Assembly (NCBI GenBank): GCA_951406725.2
Contig: OX597818.1
Location: forward strand, 46,190,001-46,254,000
Origin: Octopus vulgaris
Lineage: Eukaryota
Length of the DNA stretch: 64,000 nt
Reading direction: 5' to 3'
Part shown: piece by piece, positions 36,883-49,870 of the stretch
Numbering within the stretch: position 1 is the stretch's first letter
Layout: every line of letters begins with the position of its first letter
Position numbers and translations under genes: made by a program
Notes under the pieces: generated by a model
Database searches by the model: none
Seen by the model: only the letters and a program-made list of their open reading frames with translations
Told to the model about the DNA's origin: nothing

Positions 36883-37530
36883 ATGCCCACTCTACTCAAG
36901 ATCTGTTACAGGTTGGTTTGCCTGTCACTCAGTTTTTTGGTTCTGTATGTATGTAGTTGTATGGATGTGAATGAGAATGTATGTAAAAGGGATATGGAGA
37001 GAAGATAGTGCATGTGTGTGTATGTATGCATGTGTGTGTGTGCAGATGTTTGTTTATATAATATAGTTAATTCAGTCAGGTTAGTTTTCTGTGATGTCTG
37101 CATATTATGGTCATAATTGATAATTGCAACTGAATTTAATGTGGCATTAGTCCAGTGCATACATCATGCGACAATATGAACAACTGGTTGTCAGATTAAC
37201 TGAACATATAGAAATAGATTGCTTGCTTGTATGTGAGTAACAGTACAGTATGTATCTGCATATATATGTGTATCCATGTGAGAGTGTGAACAATAGCAGT
37301 TCATTGTCTCAGAGTTTTAGTTCTTTGTGAATGTAAATTGATATTACTTATGGGCATATATTTTTTATAAACATATTTTCTTTTATTATTTGACTTTTGG
37401 TTTTGATAGAAAAAAGGTGAAGTAGGAAGACATGGAATTTTGTTGTTTTGTTTCATACATATATGGCTAAATGTTCACTTAGTGAAATCTCTCAGCATTA
37501 CAATTCTATATTTCTGAGACATGTATATTA

Positions 37531-37725
37531 CATCATCATCATCATCATCATCATTTAACATCTGTTGTCCATACTGACATGGGTTAGATGATTTGATCAT
37601 GGCTGGTAAGCCAAGGGGCTGCACCAGACTCCAGTCTGATTTGGCATGGTTTCTATGGCTCTGCTTTTCCTAATACCAGAGTGTAATGGGTGCTTTTACA
37701 TGCCACCGGCATGGGTGCCAGTTGT
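37531..37725 (-). mobile_element. RTE 3' tail
   Basis: (cat)n ttaacatctg...gcaccagactccagtctgatttggc...gtgcttttacatgccaccggc. Confidence 0.75.
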
Positions 37726-37744
37726 GTGACATACTATTTATATT

Positions 37745-38020
37745 AGACCAATGTCCTCATCTTGGTTCTTGCTTTCATTACACTTTGGCTTTTGTATGTT
37801 CCTGTCTTCTTCAGGTGTCTCGTGTTGAACTTGGTTGTTTTATTAGAATTTCGAACCTAACTCTTTATTTAATCTATGGGAGTACACTGTTCTCATTTTG
37901 CTCTCTGTGTTTTGTGACATTTTTTTTGTGTGAATTACTTTAGTACCTTGCCTGGGATTGAACTCAGAACCTCAAGGTGACTGCACTGCATTAACCAAGG
38001 TCTTTATCTACTATGCTATG
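37745..38020 (-). mobile_element. tRNA-headed SINE-like element with a decayed hammerhead-like 3' part
   Basis: Minus strand: A-box-like tagcatagtag, B box gagttcaatcc (37965-55), then agacac-CTGAAGA...gccaaagt...caagatgaggaca, the last shared with the 36748 insertion. Confidence 0.45.
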
Positions 38021-39259
38021 CAACAGTCAAGATGACACCAGTCTAACTAATATAAACAGTATACACTTTCTAGTATTAGTTTTGTTAGTCCTATGTAATC
38101 TTTACATTTAGTAGGGTTTGTAACTTGAAGGAGGTTTAGTTGCTATTTCTAGCAGTTTAAATGACTACTCTGTGGCTCTGCGATCAGTTACTACAGAGAG
38201 GTTCACTTAGTTGTTTATATTTAAAGCTAAGTTAGTTCTAATTGAGCAGATTTATGATAAAATGGTGTTTCTGCCATGACCATCCTGTCTTTTGGTCTAT
38301 TTGTTCAGTATGTCCCTTTCTTTTTTTAAGACCAAAAGGTTTGTGATTTGAGGGAGATTTGATTGCTATGTCTAGTAGCTCAAACAATTGTTCACAGGCT
38401 CTGTTGTTGTCAAACCCCAAGTTAGGTTTGATCATTACAAGTACAGCTGTGACTATCTTGTCTTTGTGCATATCAGGACTATATTATACAATATGGGTTT
38501 TTTTTTATAGACTGTAGTGCATGTGACTTGAGTGAGATTTGGCTGCTATTTTTAGCAATCACTTACTTTACACATTAAAGAAGAGAGAGAGAGAAACAAA
38601 CAAACAGACAGGCTGGCATATACAAAGGCATTCATTAGATACAACTGGGAAAACTGAAAATATGTTAAATTTTTATGTTACATGTTTGCTGCAGACTCTG
38701 TGTGTGTATGTGTGTGTGTGTGTGTGTGAACAGAGAAAGCAACATCAATTTTTCATGGATGTATAAACCATGTTACATTTCTGTTTCTATTTCTATATTG
38801 TCTAGGGATGGGTTCTATGTAGGAAATTTATTTTTAATCAACTTCTTGAACGTGGATATATATCCATGTCTGTGTGAATATTTGTTTTTGCATGAGATTG
38901 TGTTTCCTTCTTTTTGCTAGTTTATAAACAACGATTTCCTGGTGGTGTCCTTTGTTTCGAGTTTTCCATATAAAACATGTCCTGACTATTTGTTGCTTAA
39001 TAGATTAGGAGATTATTATTCCACTTATAAACAAGAGGAGATTGGCAACAGGAAGGGCATCCTGCCTCAGAAATTCTGCCCCAGCAAACTCACTTGAATT
39101 ACAATAAATCAAACAGGTCTCAACTGACAAAAAAATTACTTGTTGAGATAGTTCTAACTGTCCCATTAATTATGTAGCTATATTCATTTTAAATATGTAA
39201 TTTACATTCACTTTTTAGCTGTTGTTGTTGTTGTTAGTAGTAGTAGTAGTAATAGTAGT

Positions 39260-40505
39260 AAGGCGGTGAGCTGGCAGAATCATTCGTATGCCGAGTTCAA
39301 ATTCTGCCAAGGTTGACTTTCGGGGTCAATAAATTAAGTGCTGGTGAAACATTGGTGTCAATATAATCAACTAGTCCCCACCCCACAAATTTGAGGCCTT
39401 GTGCGTATAGTAGAAAGAATTATTATTATTATCATTATTATTATTAATAACAGGTTTGGTCCAATTGCAGTACTCCTGTCATGTGTACTGAAGATGTGCA
39501 TTTGAATTCCATGGTCACCCTTCAACGTTTTGAAGGCAGTGAACTGGCAGAATCATTGGCATGCCAGGCAAAGTGCATAGTGACATTTCATCCATCTTTA
39601 CATTCTGAGTTCAAATTCTGCCAAGGTCGACTTTTCGGGGTCCATAAAATAAGTAACAGTTGAACCCTGACGTCAATGTAATTGACTTATCCCCTCTCCC
39701 GAAATTGCTGGCTTAATGCCAAAATTTGAAACCATTATTAATAACTGGAAGGTGGCAAGCTGGCAGAATTGTTAGCATGGCAGACAAAGTGTGTAGAAGC
39801 ATTTTTTCTGGCTTTATCTTTTGAGTTCAATTCTGCCAAAGCCAACTTTGCCTTTTGTCCTTTTCGGACAAAGTACCAGATGAGCACTGGAATTGATGTA
39901 ATTATATAATTGACTTGCCCCCTCCCTAATAACTGGCAGAATCATTAGTCCGTTGGACAAAATGCCTAGTGGTATTTCTTCTGACTCATTATATTCTGTG
40001 TTCAAATCCAGCTGAGGTTAACTTTTATCCCTCTGGGGTTAATAAAATTAAGTACCAGTCAAGTACTGTGGTTGATGTAATCAACTATACTCTATCCCTA
40101 AATTTGCTGGCCTTGTGCCAAATTTTAACCATTATTATTATTATTATTATCATTATTATTATTCAGTAGTCTTATTTTTTTTCATGTGCTTTCACTACAC
40201 TACCAAGCACAACTGTGTGCTTTGGGTATGCACTGTGGTTTGTTACAGTGCTCTTATTTTCACTGTATTGAAAGTGCTTTATTATTATTGTAGTTGTTGT
40301 TATTAAGGTGGAGAGCTGGCAGAATTGTTAGTACACCAGGCAAAATACCATGTTCTTTGTTCAAATTCCACCATAGCTGACTTTGCCTTTCATCCTTTCG
40401 GGGTCCATCAATTAAGTACCAGTTGAGTACTGGCCCAAATGTAATTGACTAACCTCCACTCTCCTACCAAAATTGCTGGCCTTATGCCAAAATCTGAAAC
40501 AGTCA
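39260..40505 (+). mobile_element. Cluster of five same-orientation family B SINEs
   Basis: ctggcagaat heads at ~39270, 39543, 39760, 39932 and 40316, each with (g)ttcaa(a)t.c and aagt.c..g, most ending in (att)n. Confidence 0.8.
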
Positions 40506-42756
40506 TTATTATAATTATTTGGATTTTTTGTACCTTTGTGGCTTTATATTTGCACTATTACCCTCTTTTTATGTTTTTTTTTTATCTCTCCATAATTGCC
40601 CAGTTAACAGTGATAGGCTGCCAGTGTCAGACACAGCGACACTTTGATGAAAACAAAATCTTAGTTTCATTAATATTCATGGATACAAAAACACAGGCCT
40701 TGCACTAAACAATGGATATATGCCAGGACAGTAGAATTATATGTTTGGTTGTTTAATTATTTACAAGTTCGTCATCATTTTTATGTCCTTTTTTTTAATT
40801 TTACCAAGCAGGCATGACTTGTATCAGAATCTGTTGAAGTGTATTCTTCAACCAGAAGCTGTTCCTGTTGCCAACCTAGCTTGTCACCAAGGAAAGTACT
40901 TAATCCCTTGGTCTTTCACATAATACTTAATCCCTTGGTCTTTCCAGCTCAATAGCTGGATGTGTTTTTACAGCAGGGATAAAAGCTGACCCTCCCGAAA
41001 CAGTAACAGTGTTTTATGCTTTAACAATGTAAACAATGTCAAGACACAGGTGGGATCACAAACACACAGTAATTATGTATTTCCATATAGTTTCTATCTA
41101 CCAGTTTAACTCACAAAGTATTAGTCACTTTGAGGCTACAGTTCAAGTCACTTGTTCACAGTGCCGCATTGCCTAGTTACATAAGTTTTGTATCCTTGTT
41201 GATGCACTAAAAGAACAGTGTTATAGTATCAATGCAATGAGAATCAATAGCAAGTTGCACATTCTATCGTTTTCAACTTGGAGAGTAACTTATGATTTTG
41301 TAGGAATCTAAACTAATGAAAGCTGATACCCATATTACTGCATGGTGCTAATGAATGGAAGGTAGTGAATTTAAAGAAGTGCTTATGTTCCCAAGCAAAA
41401 ATAGTTTAACTTGTTGGGTTGACAATATCTTGGGAAGAGGTAATATGCAGGGTCCACCTTTTTATATTCATCTTATAAATGCTGGTATTTTTTTCTGTTT
41501 TATCTTCCTGTTTTTCAGCCTCTTGGTCATCAGCCCATAGATTATCTTCAATCTCATCCATGTTATTTAATATTCTTATCTTGAGAAAATTTTTTATCTG
41601 AAAACTAGTTGAGATATAGGCTTTTTGTTTTAAAGAAAAACAAAAAGAAAAGAAATGGATATAGTAGCCTTTCATGTTGCAAAGATCACAAATATTATTG
41701 TTCTCTCTGTATTCTTTAACTCTAAAAACCATATTCCAATTAAGAGGTTTGTTTGTGTAAATCTGGATTCCTAAAAGAATGCATATGAACATATAATCTG
41801 GATTTAAAGAGGCTTGATGTCAAACTAATGTAAACCTCAGAGTTTTTAATTGTAACTATTCAGAAATACACTACATTTGCCAAAAGGTCAGATTCTTGAA
41901 GGCAGTTTTGATATTAGTGGTGTTACAGGAATTTGTATGCTTTCAGAAAATGATTGTGTTGTATTTGTTAAGTTTAGAGGTGTTAGAATATGCAAAATCA
42001 CTTTTGAAATTTGAGATAGTAGAATATAAAAGTCTGGAATTTTTGTTAAAGGTCTGTTGATATGCATGAATTAAGTAGAAGTGAAAGAGTGTTGTAGTTC
42101 CTTTTCTCATTTCATTAATTTTTCTACTTAAGTAGAGATGATTTCTAAGAAGTTTTGTGCGAATGATGTAGTGACTGTGATATGGAGTAGAAATGAGTAC
42201 CAGATAATGTTTCTTTTTGTATCTTTTTATTTATTTTTTTTTGCTACTGGAATGAGAAGTAGAATCTGGATTGTAAACCCTTCATGATTTCTTCAAGAAT
42301 TTCTGTTTTCAAATAGCTGTTGAAGCTCATCTCACAAAAGTATACTATCTTGATACTATCTTGATCCCCTTCATTTCAGACTTCAGCAGTCTAATGAAAG
42401 TTACTGTCTATAGACTCTCAAACCTCCCTAGAGATAATTCACAATCTGTTTCTAAACATCTCACTTAGATTTTCCCAACTTTCAGCTAATGAGCAGATTT
42501 TCCATAATGCATCCAAATGCTACTGTGAAGCCTCAGCCAAAACTGGTTGTAAAACCAAAAGTTTTAACTATCCAGCTCTTACCACCTGCCCCAATAAAAA
42601 GCAAAAGCAAATTTCATGAGAAGCTTTTACTTACCTACTTCACCACTTCCACAGGATTTTTATGACTTAATTTTTTATCCTTTATTGCTTGCATATCTTT
42701 ATATCTTGATGTTCTTTCTTTATACCTCAATTCTTTTAACACTTAAGTCTTTAATC

Positions 42757-42998
42757 CAGTTTTCCCAACCAGGGTCCATACAACCATCGGAGGTCCATAT
42801 AAGATTTTGTTAAAATTTATATACAATAAAGTGATTATATTTCTATAACACACAACATATTGAAGCATTTTTTAAATACAATTCCTAATATTTAATCATA
42901 AAAATATAATAGGAATTCTAAGACATTGATTGACTATGAGTGTCTCCCTCCACATCCACCTACTAAAATGATAGGCCAAAAATGGTTGAGAACCACTG
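42757..42998. mobile_element. hAT MITE, second copy
   Basis: cagttttcccaacc / ggttgagaaccactg TIRs; 8-bp TSD CTTTAATC at 42749-56 and 42999-43006; internal match to the 12066 copy. Confidence 0.85.
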
Positions 42999-43074
42999 CT
43001 TTAATCAAATTTTTTATTCACTCTTTATTTATTTTTATACAAGTTTTCTATATTTTAAGTCTATATTCATTTCA

Positions 43075-43260
43075 AAGTAGTGAGCTGGCAGAATTGTTAG
43101 CACATCAGATAAAATACTTAGCAGCATTTCTTTTAACATTTCATGTTCTGAGTTCAAATCCCATCAAGGTCAACTTTGATTTTCATCTCTTTTGGGTTTA
43201 TGAAATAAAGCACCAGTCAAGTACTGGGGTTTGATGTAATCAACTTGTCCTCTCCCTTCA
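43075..43260 (+). mobile_element. SINE family B
   Basis: gtgagctggcagaattgttagcac...gttctgagttcaaatcc...gtactggggt. Confidence 0.75.
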
Positions 43261-43999
43261 AAACACTACATCAGATTGACATCCTGTTTTGTTGTTGTCT
43301 TGAAATCTCGGTCATTTATTCACCATAGAAATTCAGCAACCAGCCTTATGAGTCCAAGAGTTCAAGAAATGACAAAAATATTCAGAAATCCACAAGTAGT
43401 TTATTGCAGCTTTTATTTAATTTTAATTTTTAACCATCATCACTTAATCATTTGTAGGACCTTAATTCCTTTAGTTTAATTATTTTTACTGCATCAATTT
43501 TCTTTTCTTTCAGAGGCCTAACTTACCTTATTATTTTGATGTTAATTTACACCAACTACCTCCCCATTCCACTATTATAGCCTTACCTAGCTGTTTCCTT
43601 TACCTAAATATTCTGTGTGTGTAAAGGTAGTCATTGCTGACCCTCCTTCAACAGTAGCAGTTTTTTTTTACTCTCTACCTGTTCCCTATTTCTCTCTCTC
43701 TCTTTCTCTCTCACTCACACACACACACACAGGGTGTGTGGTTAATTCCCTTACTCATCTGATATATGAAACTTGTATTATAGCTTCTTGTTACTTGATG
43801 ACATTTACTTCATTTTTGAAATTCTACACATTTTTTCTTTCCACATTCCTCACAAATAAAATTTATTCTTGTGTTGCTTCACATTTTTACAGAGACACAA
43901 GTTACTACATATTCCCCTCTTGCTATTCTTTCATTCCTTTCTTATTCTTTTATGTATAGTTCTCTATTTAACTAAATTCTTTCTTTCTATTTGTACTTA

Positions 44000-44390
44000 A
44001 TGGCAGACCTAATGGCTGCATAAGCCCTTCACTCCCTATGAAACAGAGGCCATTTGTGACTTTTCTCAACTGTGGGTGGTTTTTCTGCTTCTCTCCAGTT
44101 AGATCACTGCTTTTTTTTTAGCTCTGCCTCATATATCTCCCTAAGTAGAAGTGGAATTCCTCTCCCAGATTCTGTTGATTTTGAATTGCCATCATGCTTC
44201 TATAATTTTATTTTTTTCTAGATCAGGGTTATGGCCTTATGCAAACTCATTTTTACTCCTGGGAGGCCCATTAGTCTGGCCTATGTCCTCTGACCTATCC
44301 AACATGGAAGGTCCTGCTAGGAGCCTGCACACTGCTGGAATAGCTCTTATGGTTATTGAAGCTTATAAGTCACTACACTACAAGAAGGAC
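44000..44390 (-). mobile_element. Bipartite RTE-derived non-autonomous element (5' UTR joined to 3' end)
   Basis: tagtctggcctatgtcctctgacctatccaacatgg...atagctctt is the reverse of an RTE-like 5' UTR; the minus-strand end ggcctctgtttcatagggagtgaagg is RTE-tail-like. Confidence 0.45.
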
Positions 44391-44694
44391 TGGACCTTGT
44401 GTTGGAATTACAGACCTCTTGCCACTTTATTTGTAGTTCATTCTTCTCTATTCCACCATACTTCCTCTACAAGCATGACTCTATGTTTGAGAAGTCCTTT
44501 TCTTTAGCAAGTGCCTTTTACAATAGCCTCATGGTGACCAATACCTTATGAGTGGTGTTTGATCAATGGACATCATGAAGATTATAGATAATTGTGTAGT
44601 AATTTAACTTGCAGTCAGTAGTCCCTTCTACAAGTAGAATTAGTTTTGAAAAGAGAAATTGAAGAAATAATTGAAGAAATTGTGCTGGTATATC

Positions 44695-45025
44695 TTTTAT
44701 CTTTTACTTGTTTTAGTCATTGGACTGCAGCCATGCTACAGTGCCACCTTGAAGGGTGTAGTCACACAAATCACCCCAGTATTTATTTTTGCTGAGCTGC
44801 AAAGTTACAGGAACATAAACAAATTAACATTGGTTGTCAAGTGGTGGTGGTGGGGGGGGGGGGGAACAAATACATATGCATGCATGATGGGCTTCGACTC
44901 AGATTTTGTGTACCAAATTCATTAACAATGCATTAACCAACCTAGGGTTGTAAGAGAAGACACTTGCCTAAGGTGCTATGTAGTAGAACTAAATCTGAAA
45001 TGACATGGTTACAAAGTGAGTTTCT
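44695..45025 (-). mobile_element. SINE family A (old)
   Basis: ttttacttgttttagtcattggactgcagccatgc...gaagacacttgcctaagg. Confidence 0.7.
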
Positions 45026-45464
45026 AGTGCTGCATTGTTAGTGCTCTTCTTTTTGCTATTACTGACTTTTGTTTCACTATTTCTAAATTAGTTCTCATAT
45101 TGCCTCATTAAATCAACTCTTTACAAAATGTTCATGCCTTTTTTGTTGCTAATTAATTCCTGCACTGGAATTTATTGAAACATTTCTCATCACATATTGT
45201 TCTTGCTGTCTTTAGCAACGAGTCATAGTAGTTTACAAATGGAGGATGAGCATTGGTCTGTTTCCCATACAGCCGATATTCAGTTATTTTGAAGATATTG
45301 AACTTGACCTAATATATTTCTTGTTTGCAATGATGGAAGCTCCAAGGGTTTTATTGTTTGTTTTATACCTCCAGTTGTATCATTTTAAGTAATCTTGTTA
45401 AGAAATGAATCATTGCTAATGTGCAAACCACTTTGCTGGGATTTTTTTTTAATATAAAGACATG

Positions 45465-45830
45465 GAAGTGTGGTTAAGAAGCTTGTTTTGTAATCACATG
45501 GTTTTGAGTTCAGCCCCACTGTGTGACATCTTGGGCAAGTGTCTTTTGCTATAGCCCTGGATTGACCAATGCCTTGTGAGTGAATTTGGTGAATGGAAAC
45601 TGTGTGGAAGCCTATTGTGTATACGTGTTTTGTATTTATCTGCCACTGCTTCATAACCAATGTTGGTATGTTTATGTCCCTTTCATTTAGTAGTTTGGCA
45701 AAAGAGAATGATAAAATAATTGCCAGACTTAGAATAAGTTCTGGAGTTAATTTGTTCAACTGAACTCTTAATGGCAGTGCCACAACATGGTCACAGTCCA
45801 ATAACTGAAACAAGTAAAAAATAAAAGATA
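45465..45830 (+). mobile_element. SINE family A
   Basis: gtgtggttaagaagcttg...cttgggcaagtgtctt...actgaaacaagtaaaa. Confidence 0.8.
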
Positions 45831-46341
45831 AGACAGCAGAAACATAGGAAAATACAATCACATTATTGTTGTTGCAAAGTAATCTGATAAAATACTTTTA
45901 AAATGGCTCCATGTCTTGTCTAATCTCCTCGTTAGTGCAGGTAACATTCTCAGGCTATCAGCTTGTTGAATACAAACGAATAGAATTAAATGTCCTGTTA
46001 AGAGACACTGAGAAATCTACAGTGGGTGTGACATTTTCTCCTTCAGGTGATCATCTACGAATAGAATATTCTCAGCTAGACCATTTCTTTTCATCTATTA
46101 GTTTTACAGATGCTGTTGCTGCTGTAATTACCTTCACTATTTTAATGTTCCAGTCATATTTCTTTCTTTAGTTAGTGGTTAGGTTGATGAAAACTCATTT
46201 TTTTAATGTAAAAAATAAAGCAAATAATATGAAGATATGACTATAACGCTACAGTAGATATTGGCTATTGATTTTGAATTATAAAATAACCAAGTTTTCA
46301 AGGTAGTAAGATAACATGAAGTAAAGATTTAGGAATGTAAT

Positions 46342-46569
46342 TTAACCCTCTTTGTTGCTAGATTTTTATTGAAATACATGGCCTTTTCAATTAATTTTGA
46401 AAATAATGCAGAAATTACTAAAATGACTTTATCATTGTTCAGCTGGTGTTTGAAACATGAATAGACATGAAATTTTACAAGGAAGTTTTAATTTAGTTCA
46501 ATTTAAAACAGGATGTTTATATTGTAGAACCAGGGGCAATCTTAAACAGGTTGATACTTAAATGATTAA
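46342..46569 (+). mobile_element. piggyBac-type MITE
   Basis: TTAAccctctttgttgc...aggttgatacttaaatgaTTAA; homologous to the 50684 and 15509 copies, with a further decayed copy at ~47420-47642. Confidence 0.7.
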
Positions 46570-46799
46570 TAAAGCAACACTTTTAGATGGTTTGATTTTT
46601 TTATATTTCCTTTACCTTCTCTTTCTCTTGGAAAGGAGAAGCTTAAACATGTATATAAAGTACTTACATGAGCAATATTTATTAATTCAAAAAAATATAA
46701 TTTTGCCACTAAGTCTTTGTGATTAGTTCTTTTATTTCGTTAAATACATAGCTACCATCTTTCTTTTTCCATCTGAGATAACCATGTACCTCCTCAACA

Positions 46800-47125
46800 G
46801 TAAGACACCTGTTCCTGTCTCTTTCTCATATTTTAATCTCTCATAACCAAGCATAAAGCCACCATCCTCAGTACTATACTTCACCAGTACTGAGTTGAGA
46901 GGTCTTGCCTTGTGAAGTTACTTGGTGACCTCACTAGTGCTGGTGCCATGAAAAATCTTTCAGAATATTTTGTAAAGCTGTTGGCATTAGTAAGAGTATC
47001 CAGCCATAGAAACCATGCTAAAGCAGACATTAGAGTTTGGCACAGTCCTCTGGTTTGACAATTCCTTTCAAACTATCCAACCCATGCCTGTATGGAAAAC
47101 AAACATTTAACGATGATGATAATGA
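46800..47125 (+). mobile_element. RTE-tailed element (old)
   Basis: gttggcattagtaagagtatccagccatagaaacc...ccaacccatgcc...aacgatgatgat. Confidence 0.65.
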
Positions 47126-48832
47126 TATTGTCATACTTACTAGAAGTTTCTATAAAATGGAATATTGAAAGTATGAAATAGGGAAATTCTGCTTTAGTTA
47201 ATCTGTGTTATTTTCAGTAATACTTACATAGTGTTATCTTACATTTGTTTCAGCTGCTCAAGAATATCATATAAAACTTGTTTTGTTTCTTTGAGAGGAA
47301 ATAAAATGAAATCTTCACTTTTTTCCTGTTTAATTATTTAAAAGATATAAACAGTTCCTTTACTAAAAGTATTTGTTCTGAGTACATACTGGGTATTTTG
47401 AATAAATGACTCATAAAATCTAACATTCAAATTTAAGTTCATACTTCTTATATTTCACTCTGGTTTGAGAATATCCAAAAATCTGGAAGGACTTAGTAAA
47501 ATAACTAACTTTATATTTTATTATTAAGCTGGTGTTTAGAATAAAATCTAATGAAAGTGTTTTATGTAAAATTATGACACAAAGTTTTAATTTAAACATG
47601 AACATGAGGCACTCTCAGATATGTGTGTATTAAAAGGGTTGATAAACTCTTGGGGTTAAATTATTACACAATTTAGGAGGAGAATCTAAGGTCCCATGAA
47701 GTAAGCCTAGATTGAGAGTGTAATTGAGTAGATCAAACAGAAAAAGCTCCTTCACTGCACATGTTTGTATGCACTGTGTACACAGCATTGAGAAACAACC
47801 TGTGTTAGAGATAATGAACAATGGAGTTTATTCCAGCTTATACAACATGGTAAGGAACATCTTCTTTTTTTGGATGTGAAACAAGCTATTGACTTAACTA
47901 AACATATCCTTGTAAAAAGTTAAATTGTCATTGCAAGAAATCAACAAAATAACTTATCAATTATATAGTGTTCCTATTGTCTAAGGAAAAAAAGTTCCCT
48001 TTGGTACCTCTTCATGATATCTCTTTGTGACTAAAACACTGAATGTGAAGTTCCTGGTGAATACTTAGTTCATTGAAGGCAATGTGTTATAAACTACCAA
48101 TTCCTCAGGTAGAAACAATGCTGTTACTTGATATTGATAGCAGTACCTTTGGCTGGTGGTCTTTTGTTTTTTTCATAAAAAATAGAATGAATTCAAATGA
48201 TTCATTTAGCCATTTGTTTAGTTATATTGATCTAACGTCTTTATCACATATATCTTTTATCAGTATTTTAGTAACCTGTTTTCTTTCTTTTTTTTTTTTT
48301 TTGATATTAGAAAAACAATTATAATATTGTTTCCTGTTGCAAGAATTATTTGAAAACTTTTTTCAAAGTCCCAAAGCCTATTGTGAAAACAATGTTTATT
48401 AATATATCTTTACTATCTGTATTGTTTGAGCAATTCATTTTGTTGTGACAAAACATTACTCACAGTTGAATAACTTGCTTGTAAGAAGCAAAAAAAAAAA
48501 AACAAAGAACAAAAAACAAAAGAATCACTGATATATTTGAATAAGTGAATAACCTCACTAAATAATAAAGTTGTTAATTCATAGCTAGTAATTAAACAAT
48601 GTTAGTGACTCAGTTTTTACTGCATGGCATATTGTACTGGTCTATAAAACTGTAAGTCTAAACCAGGTAACCTTTTTCTTTATCACTGGCCTTTAATCTG
48701 GCCTGTTTTATCAAAGATTATTCAGTCATTGAGTAAATAGTACTTTTATTGTATTATAGTTTTTTTTATATTATAATTTGTATTATATTAGTTTCATTAT
48801 GATTTTTCTTTTATTTGAATAATTGATATGAG

Positions 48833-48938
48833 ATATTTATATACAAGAACATTTATTTGGAAACTTCTGTATATTTATATACAAGAACATTTATTTGGAA
48901 ACTTCTGTATATTTATATACAAGAACATTTATTTGGAA
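48833..48938. repeat. Perfect 38-bp tandem repeat, ~2.8 copies
   Basis: atatttatatacaagaacatttatttggaaacttctgt at 48833, 48871 and 48909. Confidence 0.95.
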
Positions 48939-49694
48939 CCCATGAAAGTAGAGGAAAGTGTGTAGATGATGACTTCAGATGCCATTGATTTGTCTTAAAT
49001 GAAGAATTGTAGAAGATCATATCTTTGTTGTGTGAACTTGTTAAAAAAAAGTCTTAGGGTGAACTTATCCAAGATTGAAGAAATAGCTAGTAGCAGAGGC
49101 TTGTAAGGCTTCATAGCACCAATGAAATCACCTTGTTGCATGCATGCATTGTGCAACCAGTAAAACTAATGGAAGCAGAAAAGAGCAACAGGTGCAGCTG
49201 CATGTATTGTAGCTAACATCATGAGCAGCTGTGGCTTGGTTTTGATGATTAGTCAGTAGTAGTAACAGGTAGGTTTTGATTACGTAGTTAACTAAAGTAG
49301 CGCTGTATTTTTGATTGTGTACAGTTTTTTTGGCTAGTTGAAGATATTTAGAGAACAGTTACTTCTGTGATAAAGGCTTTCTGAAGAAAAGTAAACTGTA
49401 TGAAATATCGAGACAAAATATATAACTAAGATTAATTATTCAGAAATTCCAATGCACAGTAAGAATGATAGTTAAATTTGTGTTAATATATTTAATACAA
49501 TGAGTGTCAAGAATCTAATTAGTTATAATTATGTGATGAAGAACAAATAGTTCTAATCATTTTAGTAAATATGGGAGTCAGTTTTTGAGGTTCCCTATAT
49601 TAAATATGCTTACACTAACTTAATTATTATTTTTCATGCAGATTAAGTCACTGTGTAATTAAGATGAGTGATTTTTTTTAATGGTACAATTCAT

Positions 49695-49870
49695 GGCTGT
49701 GTGGTTAAGAAGATTACTTGTCTATAATCTAGTTTTGGGTTCAGTCCCATTGTATGGAATCTTGGACAAGGATCTTTTACTATAGACCTCAGCCAACCAT
49801 CTTGTAAGTGGATTTGATAGATGGAAACTGAAAGTAGCTTGCTGTGTGTGTGTGTGTGTGTGTTTCCTTT
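49695..49870 (+). mobile_element. SINE family A, 5' half
   Basis: ggctgtgtggttaagaag...ggttcagtccc...ggaaactgaaag (tg)n. Confidence 0.7.

Noticed and set aside
40897-40945. 27-bp tandem duplication (and a 45-bp one at ~54935-55018)
   Set aside because: Ordinary slippage duplications with no further structure.
41505-41540. Minus-strand CTGATGA-ccaagaggct-GAAA
   Set aside because: Only a 2-bp stem II, and no NUH or stem I partner.
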